A stretch of DNA of 64,000 nt from Eutreptiella sp. 'Long Island Sound 2002' (GCA_964036045.1 OZ038378.1:169756001-169820000); one strand, 5' to 3'. Numbered from the stretch's first letter, positions 9,701 to 21,344 are shown. Numbers and translations: made by a program. The notes: a model not told the origin generated them from the sequence alone.

Positions 9701-12562
9701 CCGCACATGCTCTCCTGTGGTACTCTTCCACACCCGAACACTGTAGTCATCCGATGCTGATGCTATCAGCGCTCCATCAGGCGACACTGCAACAGCGTTG
9801 ACCCACTTATCGTGTCCCTCCAGAGTCCGCACCAGCTCTCCCGACGACAGCTTCCAAACTCGTACCTTGCCATCCTCGGACCCCGATATCAGCAGCTTTC
9901 CGTTTGGCGACACCACGACATCGTCCACAATCTGCGAATCCTCGGCCCCACACTGGAGGGTCCGCAACAGCTCTCCACTCGTACTCTTCCACACGTAGAT
10001 CTTGCTGGCCCCCGAACCACTGATGATCAGCTCTCCATCATGCGACCAGGTCACGCAATGCACATCGGAATCTTCTTCGTGCTTCATGGTCTTCAGGACC
10101 TGTCCTGTGGAGCGTTTCCACACATAAATCACACCGCCCTCTGATCCTGACGCGATCCGCTTTCCATCCGGCGAAATGGCCACGTCTATCAGGCTCTTCG
10201 TGTGCTTGTCAAACGTCCGCAAAAGCTCGCCAGCTGCTGTCCAAAGCTTGACCTTGCGGTCCGATCCTGCTGATGCAATCAGCTGACAATCACGAGATAC
10301 TTGAACCGCCTGAATTTCATTGCTGTGCTTACCCATGGTCTTCACGGGTATTCTCACCGTCACACATGGAGGGTCGCTCGCGTCAGCCTCTGTGATTTTG
10401 CCTGGGTCAGCACTTTGCAGCACGTCCCAAACCCCAACGGTTTTGCTCCCTGAAACAATGTGCCCATCAGAGGACACGGCCACGGCGTTGACCGCTGAAT
10501 CGTGGTGCAAGATTCGCAAACACTGGCCTAAGGCGATGTTGCTAACCCGAACTGTTGCGTCTGTTGAGGCTGAAACAATCAGCTGTCCATCGGCGGAGAA
10601 CGCTACGCCGTATACCAAGTCATCGTGACCAGCGAACCCCCGCACATATTCTCCTGTGGTACTCTTCCACACCCGAACACTGTAGTCATCCGATGCTGAT
10701 GCTATCAGCGCTCCATCAGGCGACACTGCAACAGCGTTGACCCACTCATCGTGTCCCTCCAGAGTCCGCACCAGCTCCCCCGACGACAGCTTCCAAACTC
10801 GTACCTTGCCATCCTCGGACCCCGATATCAGCAGCTCTCCGTTTGGCGACACCACGACATCATCAACCGTATCATCATATGTGGAATACTGGAGGGTCCG
10901 CAACAGCTCTCCGCTCGTACTCTTCCACACGTAGATCTTGCTGGCCCCCGAACCACTGATGATCAGATCTCCGTCATGCGACCAGGTCACGCAATGCACA
11001 TCGGAATATTCGTGCTTCATGGTCTGCAAAACCTCCCCTGTCGAGCTTTTCCACACATAAATCACACCGTCCTCTGATCCTGACGCGATCCGCTCTCCAT
11101 CTGGCGACACTGCGACGTCCTTCACCGACTGCTCGTGCTTCTCAAACGTCCGCAAAAGCTCGCCTGCAGGGGTCCAGAGGTTCACCTTACAATCCATGCC
11201 TGCCGATGCGATCAGCTGACCCTTTTTGGACACGTCAACAGCATCGACGTCGTCAGTATGCTCCGTCAGACTCTTCAAAGGGGCCCTTACTGCAAGACAT
11301 GGCACTTTGTTGCTCGGATCAGCAGCTTGGAGCAGGTTCCAAACCCGGACTGCCTTGACATCTCCCGAAATGATGTGCCCAAAGGAGGACACGGCCACTG
11401 CAATGAGATTTTCGTCATGCTGCAAAGTTCGCAAACATCGTCCTGTTGCAGTATTCGAAACCCGGACCGTGCCGTCCAGTGACGCCGAGACAATCAGCTT
11501 GCCCTCAGCGAGAAACTTGACGCCGTACACATAGTCTTCATGATCCTCAAGAGTACGCACATGCTCTCCTGTGGTACTCTTCCACACCCGAACACTGCAA
11601 TCATCCGATGCTGATGCTATCAGCGCTCCATCAGGCGACACTGCAACAGCGTTGACCCAATCATCGTGCCCCTCCAGAGTCCGCACCAGCTCCCCCGACG
11701 ACAGCTTCCAAACGCGTACCTTATTGTCCTGTGACCCCGATATCAGCAGCTCTCCATCAGGCGACACTGCCACGTCACACACAGTATCATAATCACAGGG
11801 ATACTGCAGGGTCCGCAACAGCTCTCCGCTCGTACTCTTCCACACGTAGATCTTGCTGGCCCCCGAACCACTGATGATCAGCTCTCCGTCAGGCGACCAG
11901 GTCACGCAATGCAAATCGCCATCTTCTTCGTGCTTCATGGTCTGCAAAACCTCCCCTGTCGAGCTTTTCCACACATAAATCACACCGCCGTCTGATCCTG
12001 ACGCGATCCGCTCTCCATCTGGCGACACTGCGACGTCCTTCACCGACTGCTCGTGCTTGTCAAACGTCCGCAAAAGCTCGCCTGCAGGGGTCCGGAGCAT
12101 TACCTTGCAATCCTCACCCGCCGACACAACAAGCTGACCAGTCCGAGACGTGTCCACGGCAGTAACTGGCCCTACATGCCCTTCAAACCTCAACATAGAA
12201 GGTGTGGAGGTGGTGTCCTCCAGGACTGCTGCAAGGGACTCCAGGGATGCGGCAGCCCCTGCGGCTTCGTTTGGCTGTGTACTGGCTCTCGGAGTAAAGG
12301 CGTCCTTGCCTGTGATGGTTGAGTGGATGGTCTTGGAGACTGCAACAACCGCCACACGCTGGGCCTGAGTCAGATGCACCTTGTTCGATACAAGTACCTC
12401 GCTCCCAAGCTGCAGAAGGTCCGTGAGTGCGACCGACCATTCTTCGTCGTCCGGGAGGCGTTGGTCCCAACATGTGCGCAGTTGCGAGACCAAATGGATG
12501 GGGTTCGATTTCGGGTATGCCTCTTGGATGAGGTCGTCGATCTCCGAACTATTGCCATTCAT
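6710..12562 (-). CDS. Giant intronless WD40 protein (~1950 aa): ~125-aa helical N-terminal region followed by six tandem 7-bladed beta-propellers (42 WD40 repeats)
   Basis: ORF 6710..12955 contains six blocks, each with 7 WD repeats of the form H..V.AVAVSPDG..IAS.S.D..VRVW; blocks recur every ~885-945 bp. The first 131 codons run through a TGGGGGAAA repeat element, so the likely start is the ATG at 12562 (MNGNSSEIDD), directly preceded by a CAG acceptor-like site. Confidence 0.9.
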   Translation of the reverse strand: MNGNSSEIDDLIQEAYPKSNPIHLVSQLRTCWDQRLPDDEEWSVALTDLLQLGSEVLVSNKVHLTQAQRVAVVAVSKTIHSTITGKDAFTPRASTQPNEAAGAAASLESLAAVLEDTTSTPSMLRFEGHVGPVTAVDTSRTGQLVVSAGEDCKVMLRTPAGELLRTFDKHEQSVKDVAVSPDGERIASGSDGGVIYVWKSSTGEVLQTMKHEEDGDLHCVTWSPDGELIISGSGASKIYVWKSTSGELLRTLQYPCDYDTVCDVAVSPDGELLISGSQDNKVRVWKLSSGELVRTLEGHDDWVNAVAVSPDGALIASASDDCSVRVWKSTTGEHVRTLEDHEDYVYGVKFLAEGKLIVSASLDGTVRVSNTATGRCLRTLQHDENLIAVAVSSFGHIISGDVKAVRVWNLLQAADPSNKVPCLAVRAPLKSLTEHTDDVDAVDVSKKGQLIASAGMDCKVNLWTPAGELLRTFEKHEQSVKDVAVSPDGERIASGSEDGVIYVWKSSTGEVLQTMKHEYSDVHCVTWSHDGDLIISGSGASKIYVWKSTSGELLRTLQYSTYDDTVDDVVVSPNGELLISGSEDGKVRVWKLSSGELVRTLEGHDEWVNAVAVSPDGALIASASDDYSVRVWKSTTGEYVRGFAGHDDLVYGVAFSADGQLIVSASTDATVRVSNIALGQCLRILHHDSAVNAVAVSSDGHIVSGSKTVGVWDVLQSADPGKITEADASDPPCVTVRIPVKTMGKHSNEIQAVQVSRDCQLIASAGSDRKVKLWTAAGELLRTFDKHTKSLIDVAISPDGKRIASGSEGGVIYVWKRSTGQVLKTMKHEEDSDVHCVTWSHDGELIISGSGASKIYVWKSTSGELLRTLQCGAEDSQIVDDVVVSPNGKLLISGSEDGKVRVWKLSSGELVRTLEGHDKWVNAVAVSPDGALIASASDDYSVRVWKSTTGEHVRTLKGHDDYVYGVAFSADGQLIVSASVDGTARVWKAATGRCRRILAHPDSASVHAVAVSRDGYVISGSGDKKLRLWHLRGSGSVNPPPLSVKVPLKILDAHVDEVVAVDVSRDGQVASASADCKVKLWTPAGELYRTFDKHEQSVNDVAVSPDGERIASGSEDGVIYVWKSSTGEVLQTMKHEEDGDLHCVTWSHDGDLIISGSGASKIYVWKSTSGELLRTLQCGAEDSQIVDDVVVSPNGELLISGSEDGKVRVWKLSSGELVRTLEGHDEWVNAVAVSPDGALIASASDDYSVRVWKSNTGKHVRTLKGHDNFVYGVAFSADGQILVSASLDETLRVWKTVTGQCLRVFRHDSSVSALAVSHDGCIWSGTAASIVRMWKLLQDADPSNTTGLDVPTLSCLTVRVPLKSLTAHTDDVDAVDVSKNGQLIASAGMDCKVNLWTPAGELLRTFEKHEQSVKDVAVSPDGERIASGSDGGVIYVWKSSTGEVLQTMKHEEDGDLHCVTWSHDGDLIISGSGASKIYVWKSTSGELLRTLQCGAEDSQIVDDVVVSPNGELLISGSEDGKVRVWKLSSGELVRTLEGHDKWVNAVAVSPDGALIASASDDYSVRVWKSTTGEHVRTLKGHDDYVYGVAFSADGQLIVSASIDCSVRVWNLATGQCLRVMDHSEDVRALAVSRDGYVISGHGQLVRLWTLLPDADPVRNLGEHENEIMAVDVSPDGQLIASAGMDCKVKLWAPAGELYRTFDKHEQSVKDVAVSPDGERIASGSEDGVIYVWKSSTGEVLQTMKHEEDGDLHCVTWSHDGELIISGSGASKIYVWKSTSGELLRTLQCGAEDSQIVDDVVVSPNGELLISGSEDGKVRVWKLSSGELVRTLEGHDEWVNAVAVSPDGALIASASDDYSVRVWKSNTGEHVRTLKGHDDYVYGVAFSADGQLIVSASMDGTARVWKASTGQGLRSLPHTDGVNGLALSSYGVISGLRDCTLHLWTIGPLHG

Positions 12563-12728
12563 CTGGGTACAGTGAAATGTGGTCTCTCCTAGGCCATGCC
12601 CCCCGGCCCTCTCCTTTTGCAAACACTGACAAAAGCACGCCAGCCCCTCGCCCCACAAAAACTGGGATTGTTTAGACAAGCAGGGCCCCTGAATACCCGC
12701 CCAGGGTGGCACCCCAGTTACCCGCTCA

Positions 12729-13295
12729 ACTTCCCGCTGCCAAAGGAAAAATGGGGGAAATGGGGGAAAATGGGGGGAAATGGGGGGAAATGGAGGAAAA
12801 TGGGGGGAAATGGGGAAACATGGGGGGAAATGGGGCAACCAGGGGGAAATATAGGGAAATTGGTGGAGGAAGATGGTAAAAATATTCAGTTGTCCACCAA
12901 AGTGGCAAAATTTTTGCAAACATGTTATTCCCCATTCTGCTCCATTTCCCCCCATTTTTCCTCAGGCATGTTGCTCAATACACCCCCCCCCCCCCCCGCA
13001 AGGCCACCAAAAAGTGGTTTTGGGGGCTTTTCACGCAATGTTGTCCCCACTTTTCAACAAAACATCAGATAACTCTCACAATAGGACCCATTTTCCCCCA
13101 TTCCCCCAATTTTCCCCCATTTTGCCTCAGGCATGTTGCTCAATACACCCCCCCAACCCCCCCGAAGGCCAACGAAAAGTGGTTCTTTGAGCTTTTCAAG
13201 CCATGTTGTCCCGATTTTTCCACAAAACATTGGGGAACTCTCACAGTATGACCCATTTCCCCCCATTTCCCCTACTCGGGGCTATTTTGGCGGCA
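12729..13295. mobile_element. Foldback/MITE-like insertion with G-rich and C-rich arms and an 11-bp flanking direct repeat
   Basis: TTACCCGCTCA at 12718-12728 and 13296-13306 flanks a segment with (TGGGGGAAA)n on the left and (CCCCATTT)n on the right, plus internal duplicated CCTCAGGCATGTTGCTCAATACACCCC blocks. The terminal inverted match is loose. Confidence 0.5.
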
Positions 13296-14409
13296 TTACC
13301 CGCTCATTTCTGGAAGCGGGGTCATCTCTGCTGCAAACGAACCACAAAAACCCACAATCCCGAAATTTGTTCACCCATGTGTGAATCTCCAGGTACCTAC
13401 AGCACCCAGCCAGCCAGAAATTCCCACACCATACAATCAAACCACAACCCAGCACCCTGAAAAATGGATTGCCCGGCCCAAAAATAGGAGGGACAGGGTG
13501 GATGCCCAACCAAAAACTAGAAAAAGCGGCACCACTGACCACCCTGTCGCAATTTCTTGTCCTGCCAGCAGTCTGGCAGCAGCAGCCGAAAACAGCAAAA
13601 ATTTCAACCAAACCCAGAATATCTCAAACATATCATCAAATGGTGCCCTCAAACCTTCAGGGCCGAATTCCCCAGCCGCAAAATAGGGGAGAAGGGACCC
13701 TCATCACCCGACAACTCCCAAACTTGCAAAACTTCCCTAAAAGTGCCAAAACCCTCCGCGTTGGCACCTCCTGAATGAGGCCGAGAAATGTGCAACACAT
13801 GTGACACAAACGCGTCCATAAACGTGGTCACCTACAGGGACTGGGATACAAAAGATCAGCTACCATGTTTGCAGGTCAGTACCTAGTACCTGCCACAGGG
13901 CTTGTGTTTTGTGTATACACAACCCCATTGAGAGAGAAATCGTTGAGGTTGTGCATCCTATTCCACGTGTAGTGCATCAATCATGCCGTAAAAACGACAA
14001 GATTTACGGAACACAAATATGGGAAACTCAGTCCAAACTCATGGCATAGGTTCCTAAGCAGGTTTCCAATCATCCCGGGTGTACTCCCTTGGAAACCCAT
14101 CAATGTCTTGTACCTCCTGTCAATTGGATCATACACCGTTGTTCAAAGTGAGCCAGCCTGGTCAAGTTGAATTGAGCACCGGAGTTTGGCAGCATTTGGC
14201 TGCAGCAATGTCTTCTTTTTTTCGTTCAGCCACCTCAAGTTGCAAAAACAAAACAGAATTCAGCCATATGATTCATTCACCACGGAGAGTCAGACGAGCA
14301 TGCAAGGGTATGAAATATTCGTAGACACACTAGAGCCGTGTTCCGGGTGAGAGGGGGGGAATTCCCCTCATACCCCCCCCTTGGGCCCTGGAACTTGAAA
14401 TACTAAATT

Positions 14410-15026
14410 CTATTGCCTTCGGCAGTGCACCTCGAAGAGAGGCTGACAGTCAGCCAATCAGTCAATTAGTTAGGCAAGCAGTCAGTCAGACAGTCAGTCG
14501 GGCAAGCAGGCAGGCAGACAGAAACACCCAGTTTTGGTTTTTTTTCAGTGGCAGGCTTGGCTTCATGCAGTGGGGAGGGTGCAGGCTGTCGGGACAAGAC
14601 ACAGTCCAATCCTAGTTGGCGTACTGCCGCCGGCGTCAGAAAACATGCCAACCAAGTATCGAACCGCCGTCCTGTCGATCAGCGATCGGCTGCATTACCA
14701 TTCGCCTGGTGCTTGTTCTGACACAGCCTACTCTCCCCACTGCTTGAAGCCTTCTGATCAAAAACTTTTGACCCCACCCCCACCCCCCACCCCCCACCCC
14801 CCACCCCCGGCCCCCCCTGAAAAAAGTGTTATCCAGTTTCAGGGGATAGAGGCCTCAAAATCAAAAAATCCATTGGGGGATTGTCTCATTGGACAAAATA
14901 ATGATTTTACAAGGGGTTGGAAATCAAATATCATGCCTTGGGGTATGCTACGTGAATGACCCCCAAACAGGGGGTATAATACGACGCCCGCGCCTGCGCT
15001 TGATCTAACAACCTCTCTTCGAGGTG
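14410..15026 (-). mobile_element. Asymmetric-subTIR/hairpin element, subfamily A, copy A2
   Basis: ATT|CTATTGCCTTCGGCAGTGCACCTCGAAGAGAG ... CTCTCTTCGAGGTG|ATT. Perfect 14-bp inverted pair, with a CAGT/CAGG microsatellite next to the left subTIR. Confidence 0.82.
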
Positions 15027-15349
15027 ATTCTATGAGGGTATTGCAATCACAAGAAAACAACACATTCGCAGTGCGCAACTCCCAATACTCCTCCACTTTG
15101 CTATGGACTAACAGAGGTTGCACATACAAAATCAGACACAATCCAGCCATATGATTCCTTCACCACCCTCTTCTGCAAAACGAAGCCTCCTGTCTTGCCC
15201 CCCCCCCCCCCCGACTCAGATTGCAGGGAGATGTCAGAGGACTAGGGAGATGTCAGAGGACTGTGTGTGTGGAGCATCCGAATGAAAGTGTTCGTGTCTT
15301 GGGAGGGGGAAGACCATTCTGCACACAACAATCTGCCTCTTCATTCTCC

Positions 15350-18050
15350 ACATCTTGTCTAACCGCAAACTCAGCTTGTCACACAATACTCATCTGATTC
15401 CGTCTGATTCTACCACGTTTTTGCCTAACAACGTACTTGACGAATAACACGCGGGAAGATTCCGAAAAGTCGTGTTCAATACAGCTTTGTGGCTAGACAG
15501 CTGGGGGTGTGCACTACCCAAAGAGGAAGGAGGCTTTCCGCATGTATGGCCGATAGTCCAAGCGGGACTAGCGGTTGCTACTTTTTCGCATTGACAAACC
15601 CTCTTCCCTCCATTTGTTACAATTGTTTTCAGACAGTGGGCGCACAAATATGGAGTAATCTGGAGGCCACAGGCAATTCCGTACCTCCAGTTGGGCCTAG
15701 TTCCCTATGCTACCATGGGCTTGTTGGCGCATTCACTTAAGGCCTTTTCACACGCTAGACGTTATGTCCTGGATGGTACGCTCCTGGACATGTTTGTTGG
15801 GAATCTACCCATGTGGCACAGTGCAATTTTCACGAACTCATACAGGCTTACATACTATTGTCCGCAGCTTATCAGCAAAGGGATACTCACGTTTATAGAC
15901 CTATACCAACGCAACAAGAGTCCCAAACAGGAACTCCCATCCTTGATGGGTCCAACATTGAGGCCAATTTATTAGTGATCCCTAAGGTTCTTCACCAAGT
16001 TGCCAGCTTCCCCTTGGTCTCCCACATCCGTCTAGGTGGGGGTGTGGGGCAAATCGGATACACTTAAAAACATGGCCCTGGTGCTATATGTACCGCATCG
16101 TAAGTCATCAGCTATCTGGAATGCCTTTTGGGCTTCCCACCTCCCTCTGTCCATTGAAGATTTTGTTTTTCACGCCCTATGGGCCAATCTAATCGTCTGT
16201 GCATCTCCCTAGGTTTAATGGGTACGGAAGCCAACGGGAGAGCCCCTACCTGTTGTAGGTGGCATGGTGACTGTTGAAATTGAACAAACGTGTTGGCCCA
16301 TCCACTCAAGGGCCTCCACTCAACTACAACTGAAACCCACGTGTTAAGACAAAACTTGCATCCACAAGGAACCTGATGGAAGGACGCTGAATTCCTGACT
16401 GCCCAATGGACCGCTCTCCCTGCCGAAAAGAGAATACCTTGTGGCGCACGGAGCGTTGAATATTGTGGTAGAAGCCAGCACACGTACGAAGTATCTTTGT
16501 GATAGAAAGGGCCCATACTAATAGCAATGACATCACAAGCTAAATGATGGAAGCGGCTGTCCAGCCACGCGTGGTCCATGGTTCCCGTGACCGAGCAAAC
16601 CAGGCACCACAGGTGTTGAGTCCACATGAATTTAAGAAGAGGCGCACCCAAGCGCGCAAGGAAGAGTTAGCACAAACATTGCAGTAGCCGAGCTGGAAGC
16701 AGCTATGTGGACCATGGTTTGCTCGGACAGCTTAGCTGAACCCCATGCCAGAGTAGGCTGGGTCGCCGGTTATGGGAAGTTTGTGGGGGTCTACCTAGTG
16801 ATTCCCCACAAACCAATAGCAGGGCGGAGCTTACTGCTATCATTTGTATTCAAGAAAAGATGCATGGATAGTAAAGGCAAGTGGCAATAGCCACAGACTC
16901 TCACTACTGTCATGATGGACTCACACGTGCGGTGTATCGCTGGAGGCAGTCAGGTTGCGCTAATAAGCATGGCCTTGTTGCCAATATTGATCTGTGGATC
17001 AAATTGCTGAATCTAATTGATTAGTCTACCCTCTCAGTCATACGGTCGTGGTGATTGCAAAGAATGTTGCAATTGACCTCCTCGCAGAGCAGGGGTGCCT
17101 GAGCTCACCGCTTTATCAACTTTTATCGGTGCTTGAGAGGCCCGTCATTTCTTGAGATCTCCCTTGTACCGCCACACAGAGCGCCGGTATTGCCCAGGTC
17201 ACTAGAACTTCACCACCTAGACACTCCCACAACAGAATCACCAGCACTATTTCGGGGATCATCAATACCCAACTACTCTTGTCATGCTTCTGGGGATATC
17301 CACCCAGTGAGACGCCTGCAGTTTGAGGCACACAATTTGATCCAGGAGTTTAGGTCGTTCAATGTCAAGTTTACTAGACTCCCACCCAGACTCCCTTTCT
17401 CCATCAACCACCATCACTATGGAGCATGGTAGCACACATGGGCAGTAGTCGGGCATCCTACTAGACCATGATGACAATGACATCACACCCGTCCGTTCTC
17501 CTGTGAAGACCTTTGGGGAGCACTCGGGCTAATGCCAATGCACACCCTCAACACTCACTCACCACAGGATCAGTAGGCCCAGCACTGATGTTAGTTCTCC
17601 GAGGTATGTTGATGATAGCCCCTCTGGATTGTTTTCAGCCACGCCGATAACCGACGATTCTGCGTAAATAAGTGGATGTTCCGCCCGCCACCCCCCCCCC
17701 CCCCCCACACCATATGATGTCCTACCTTCTCCTCAAAGGCTTATGTTAGTGATAGACGGCACTTGATCGGATTGGTATCCGCTATATAGCGCAGTGCGTT
17801 GACTGACCCACCGAACCGGAGAGCGCCTAACCTTTGGCACCATGCAGACACCCTATGTGTTGGCAAAAGCAAGGCCACTAAAGAAGGGATAAAGTGGTTC
17901 AATGAACACACGTGGCATTTGATCCAACTTTGTTGCATATGCATACCAGGATGTGCATTTGTGGAGCGCTTTATGACATGCTTGCCCCTCCTCGCAACCC
18001 CCCCAAGGGGGGACCGTCCCTTTGACAGCAAGCAGTTTCCGCCGTTCTCT
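15350..18050 (+). mobile_element. Decayed, 5'-truncated LINE (L1/Tx1-like) with post-RT region, zf-RVT-like segment, RNase H and a further Cys-rich segment
   Basis: Frameshifted plus-strand motifs: LPKEEGG (15514), PMWHS..KGILTFIDLY (~15810-15905), WNAFWASHLPLSIEDFVFHALWANLIV (16117), RNase H QTNSRAELTAII (16809) and IATDSHYCHDGLTRAVYRWRQSG..VANIDLWIKLL (~16890-17010), and CCICIPG..E..MTCLP (~17930). Many stop codons. The 3' boundary is approximate. Confidence 0.7.
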
Positions 18051-21000
18051 CTTGTTCTTTTTGTGCTAGTGCCCCATGTCACAATTGCCTCCTCATTTCA
18101 TTCACACACAAATGTATGCCATAGGCGCTCATGTTTGGTACCACTCTCGCAGCAAGGGTGCCCCACTACTGGCAGCTATCATTGGTCCCCTGCCCTCTAG
18201 AGGGACGGAAACCGAGCGCCAAGCGGCTATGGAGCTCTCGGGACGGCAACCGCACACAACAAAAGAGAAATCAGAAGGAAAAGAAACCAAGCAGCCCGAT
18301 GGAGAAGTGAGTCTCCCTCCATCGCAAAATTAACGCTGGGGAGAAGAACCTCCAACACCGGAGATTCACACTGGGCTGCGGCCCCACAGTGATAAAGAAG
18401 CGAGGACAAAACATGGGGCCGTAGGCAGGGCCGCGGATGAGCCTGTGGACCCCCCTCCCAATGCAAACGGCACTAGCGTCTACATTGGATGTGCCCTAAC
18501 TATCAAAATGCGCAGCGAGCTTTCTCCCCGGCGGAGTAGCGGGCAAGGCCAAACTAAAGGTATGGAGAAGTCAACCACTATACCCTTTTGCTGCAAGGGT
18601 GGTGACCCACACCAACCAACCAATGGTACACTGCTACCAACCAATGATGCAGTCTACACGTGCACCGAGTTCTTCTTAGGGGGTCCAATGGGACCCCTGA
18701 GGAGATGCAGGGTTTGGCAACGCAAGCCGACCGGGGGCCGCGCTCTCCAGAGGGTGACCACGGCAGTAAGTCCCAGCGTTCTTGCACTGACAAGTGAGCA
18801 AGGGAGAGAAATTGACTCTCGCCTCAAGGCCTACGCCTTGCCTTGGTGCTTTCCTTTTCGCGCCTTTGTGCTTGGCGGTGGGCTTGGTGAACCCCGTCAC
18901 CTTGATGCCATGAGGCCAAGAGACCTCACCACCCCATTGACCTTTGTCGCCTGTGGATTTGGCTTCCACTTGTCCTCCGTTGCCTCCGGTTTCGTGGGGC
19001 TCCTTGGGGAGGGGGGGGGGGGATGCACCACAAAACTGTTTCACTTTACTGCAGCAGTGCATGCACAACACCGGCAGTATCAATTCCATTCAAGCATTAA
19101 TGTAACTTCCGTGGCTGTTTGAGGAGAAGCACAGTTGTCAACGGCAAGAGCGGCGACTCGGGAGATGCTTCCTGTGCTCCCTCCCTGAGATAACTTGGTT
19201 GCGGTATGATCCACCACCTGGTCCCCAGTACCCTGGTATTGAATATGCAGGAAATCATGTCCTGAGGGCGAGGGACCAATGACAGCCGCCACCTATGGCA
19301 TAAATTTGTGTCTCAATGCAAAGAGGAGGCAACTCTGAGAGGGGGCACTAGCAAAGGAAGAGAGCAGAGCAGAAACAAACTGCCGTCAAAGTGACGGTCC
19401 CACCCTCGGGAGGGGGGGTTGCGAAGGGGGTGGAGGGGTTCAAGGGGGGCAGGGTAATGCAGAACACTCATGGAATGGTGTCATAGGTTCAAACCACAGA
19501 GAACCCGGGGAATGAAGAAAGCACACGGTTCGCCGCCACAGCTGGCATAGAAACACAGGTGCTGAACCACCACCTGGTCCCCAGTAGTCTGGTATTGAAT
19601 ATGCAGGAAATCAGGCAACCTACTCAACCAGAGATAGGCGCCAGTAGGTTGCTCGATACTATGGGGTGGCGAAAACTGCCGGTGGGGGAAATCAATTAAA
19701 TCGCGAATTGCCCTGCTAGTGTTGCATCTTGAAACCACTAAAAAGCAAAAAAGTGCCCCCAAAAGCAAGAAAATCAAGCAAAAAGTATTGTACATAGCAA
19801 AAAAAAAAGCGAACATGCAAATGGTTTTGGTGCTCCTTAGATTCCTGGAACGGAGTTTTCTCCTCATCCCCATTGTTCCACCACAGGGCGCTATTGGGTG
19901 TTAAACTACCTCGCTTTGGGGACAAGATGATAGCTTTCAGGTTCCTACGGCGGGTTTTTTACACCACTTCAACATCTCTGTGGGTCCATTCGGGTTCGAT
20001 TATGCACACAGTGGTATGTGCAGGGGGTGTTTGTGGCTTAACATGGCTTCCTATGGCTCCCCAGGGTTCCATAAGGCACCGATGTGGCCCAGCGCCCACC
20101 CAGCGTGTGTACCTGCGGCTTCACCTAAAACCACACTGACTGATTCACAGTACGCACAGATATATTTAAAAAAAAAAGAAAAAGAAAAACAGCGCTGTCA
20201 GTCCCCTCCAGGTGCGTGCACCCTGAGGTGGTGGTGCTGGTTGGACTGTGACCGTTCCTTCAAAATTTGTTGTGAAAAGAAATAAACTTTGCCAGCATGT
20301 TTCAGTGCACCTGAGTGTACCGAAAAGGGGGTGGGGGTATAAATGGGCGACAATTAAGAGATGAGTGGGCTTGATTGGACTGAGTGAAAAAGTTTCCTCA
20401 CACACACATCTCCCTGCAGCTGCTGGCATACCCACAGAACAATAAAGTGATTCTCTTATGGGCAGGTCGCACAGTGCTTCAGGATCTATGTAGGCGTGGC
20501 GAGCTTACTGAATAAACATTATAATCAATCACCTGGTAGCAGGGGGAACAAAACGTCGCTCAAGAAAAGGAGTTTCCGCAGGGGCATGCCCAGACTAGGG
20601 CCAACAGGTCAAATGGCGAGTATCCTGGCTGGAAGACAGCTCGCCTTGGACAGGGTGACTGAATAACAGAAACAGATATGTTATAATCTTATACAGGATA
20701 TAGCATCAAAAAAAGAGGAGTTGCACCTGGGGGCTGCCCCAAGTTCCTCCAGTGGGTTGGGGCGATTGGATTGAGGGTTAGTGCTTGGGATCAGGAAGAG
20801 GGTTTCAGCCGCAGCAGATCACACCCATTACGTTATGTCATGTTGGCAACATGTAATGGATCGAAAATTTCCCTTCCAGTGCCGTTGCCACCACTGCGAC
20901 ACGGCTCATGCCAATGGAGCCCTTCTTCCAATTACCCCCCCCCCCCCCCACCACCACATTTTTGGAGATTGAAAACCTGACTTCCCCAGCTGCTAGTGCA

Positions 21001-21344
21001 GGAGGTGTTTGAAGAAGGCCTGAAAGAGCCTCAGTAATTCCACATACAGCTGGTACGTACGCCCCCCCCCCTGCGCGCGCTTTTTTACCACAGAAACAGC
21101 TTGATCCCACAGCAACATTGGCTTAGTTTTCATCCAAATGTTCAACGGGACATGTCTTGTTGAAGGGACACACCATACTTCTGAGGCCCTGGCAGAAGAG
21201 AGCACTTCATCTGCAGGGACCTGGATGCTGCCGTGCGTCGCCTTAGTACGGACAGTTGACTTATGTCACCCTTACCTGCCTGACCATGTCCATTCCACAA
21301 GTGTTGCCCGTTGGAAGTGAATGGTGCCAAGCATTGCGCAACAA

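Noticed and set aside
6600-12600. Many repeated short ORFs overlapping the WD40 gene
   Set aside because: Shadow frames of the WD40 repeats; useful only as evidence of DNA-level identity.
12563-12955. N-terminal 131 aa of the 2081-aa ORF (PHFPPFPPIS repeats)
   Set aside because: It is a translation of the TGGGGGAAA repeat element and not credible protein sequence.
1802-15026. DIRS-type identity for the A/B elements
   Set aside because: No internal complementary region matching the joined ends was found by eye, and the inverted repeats are only 12-14 bp.
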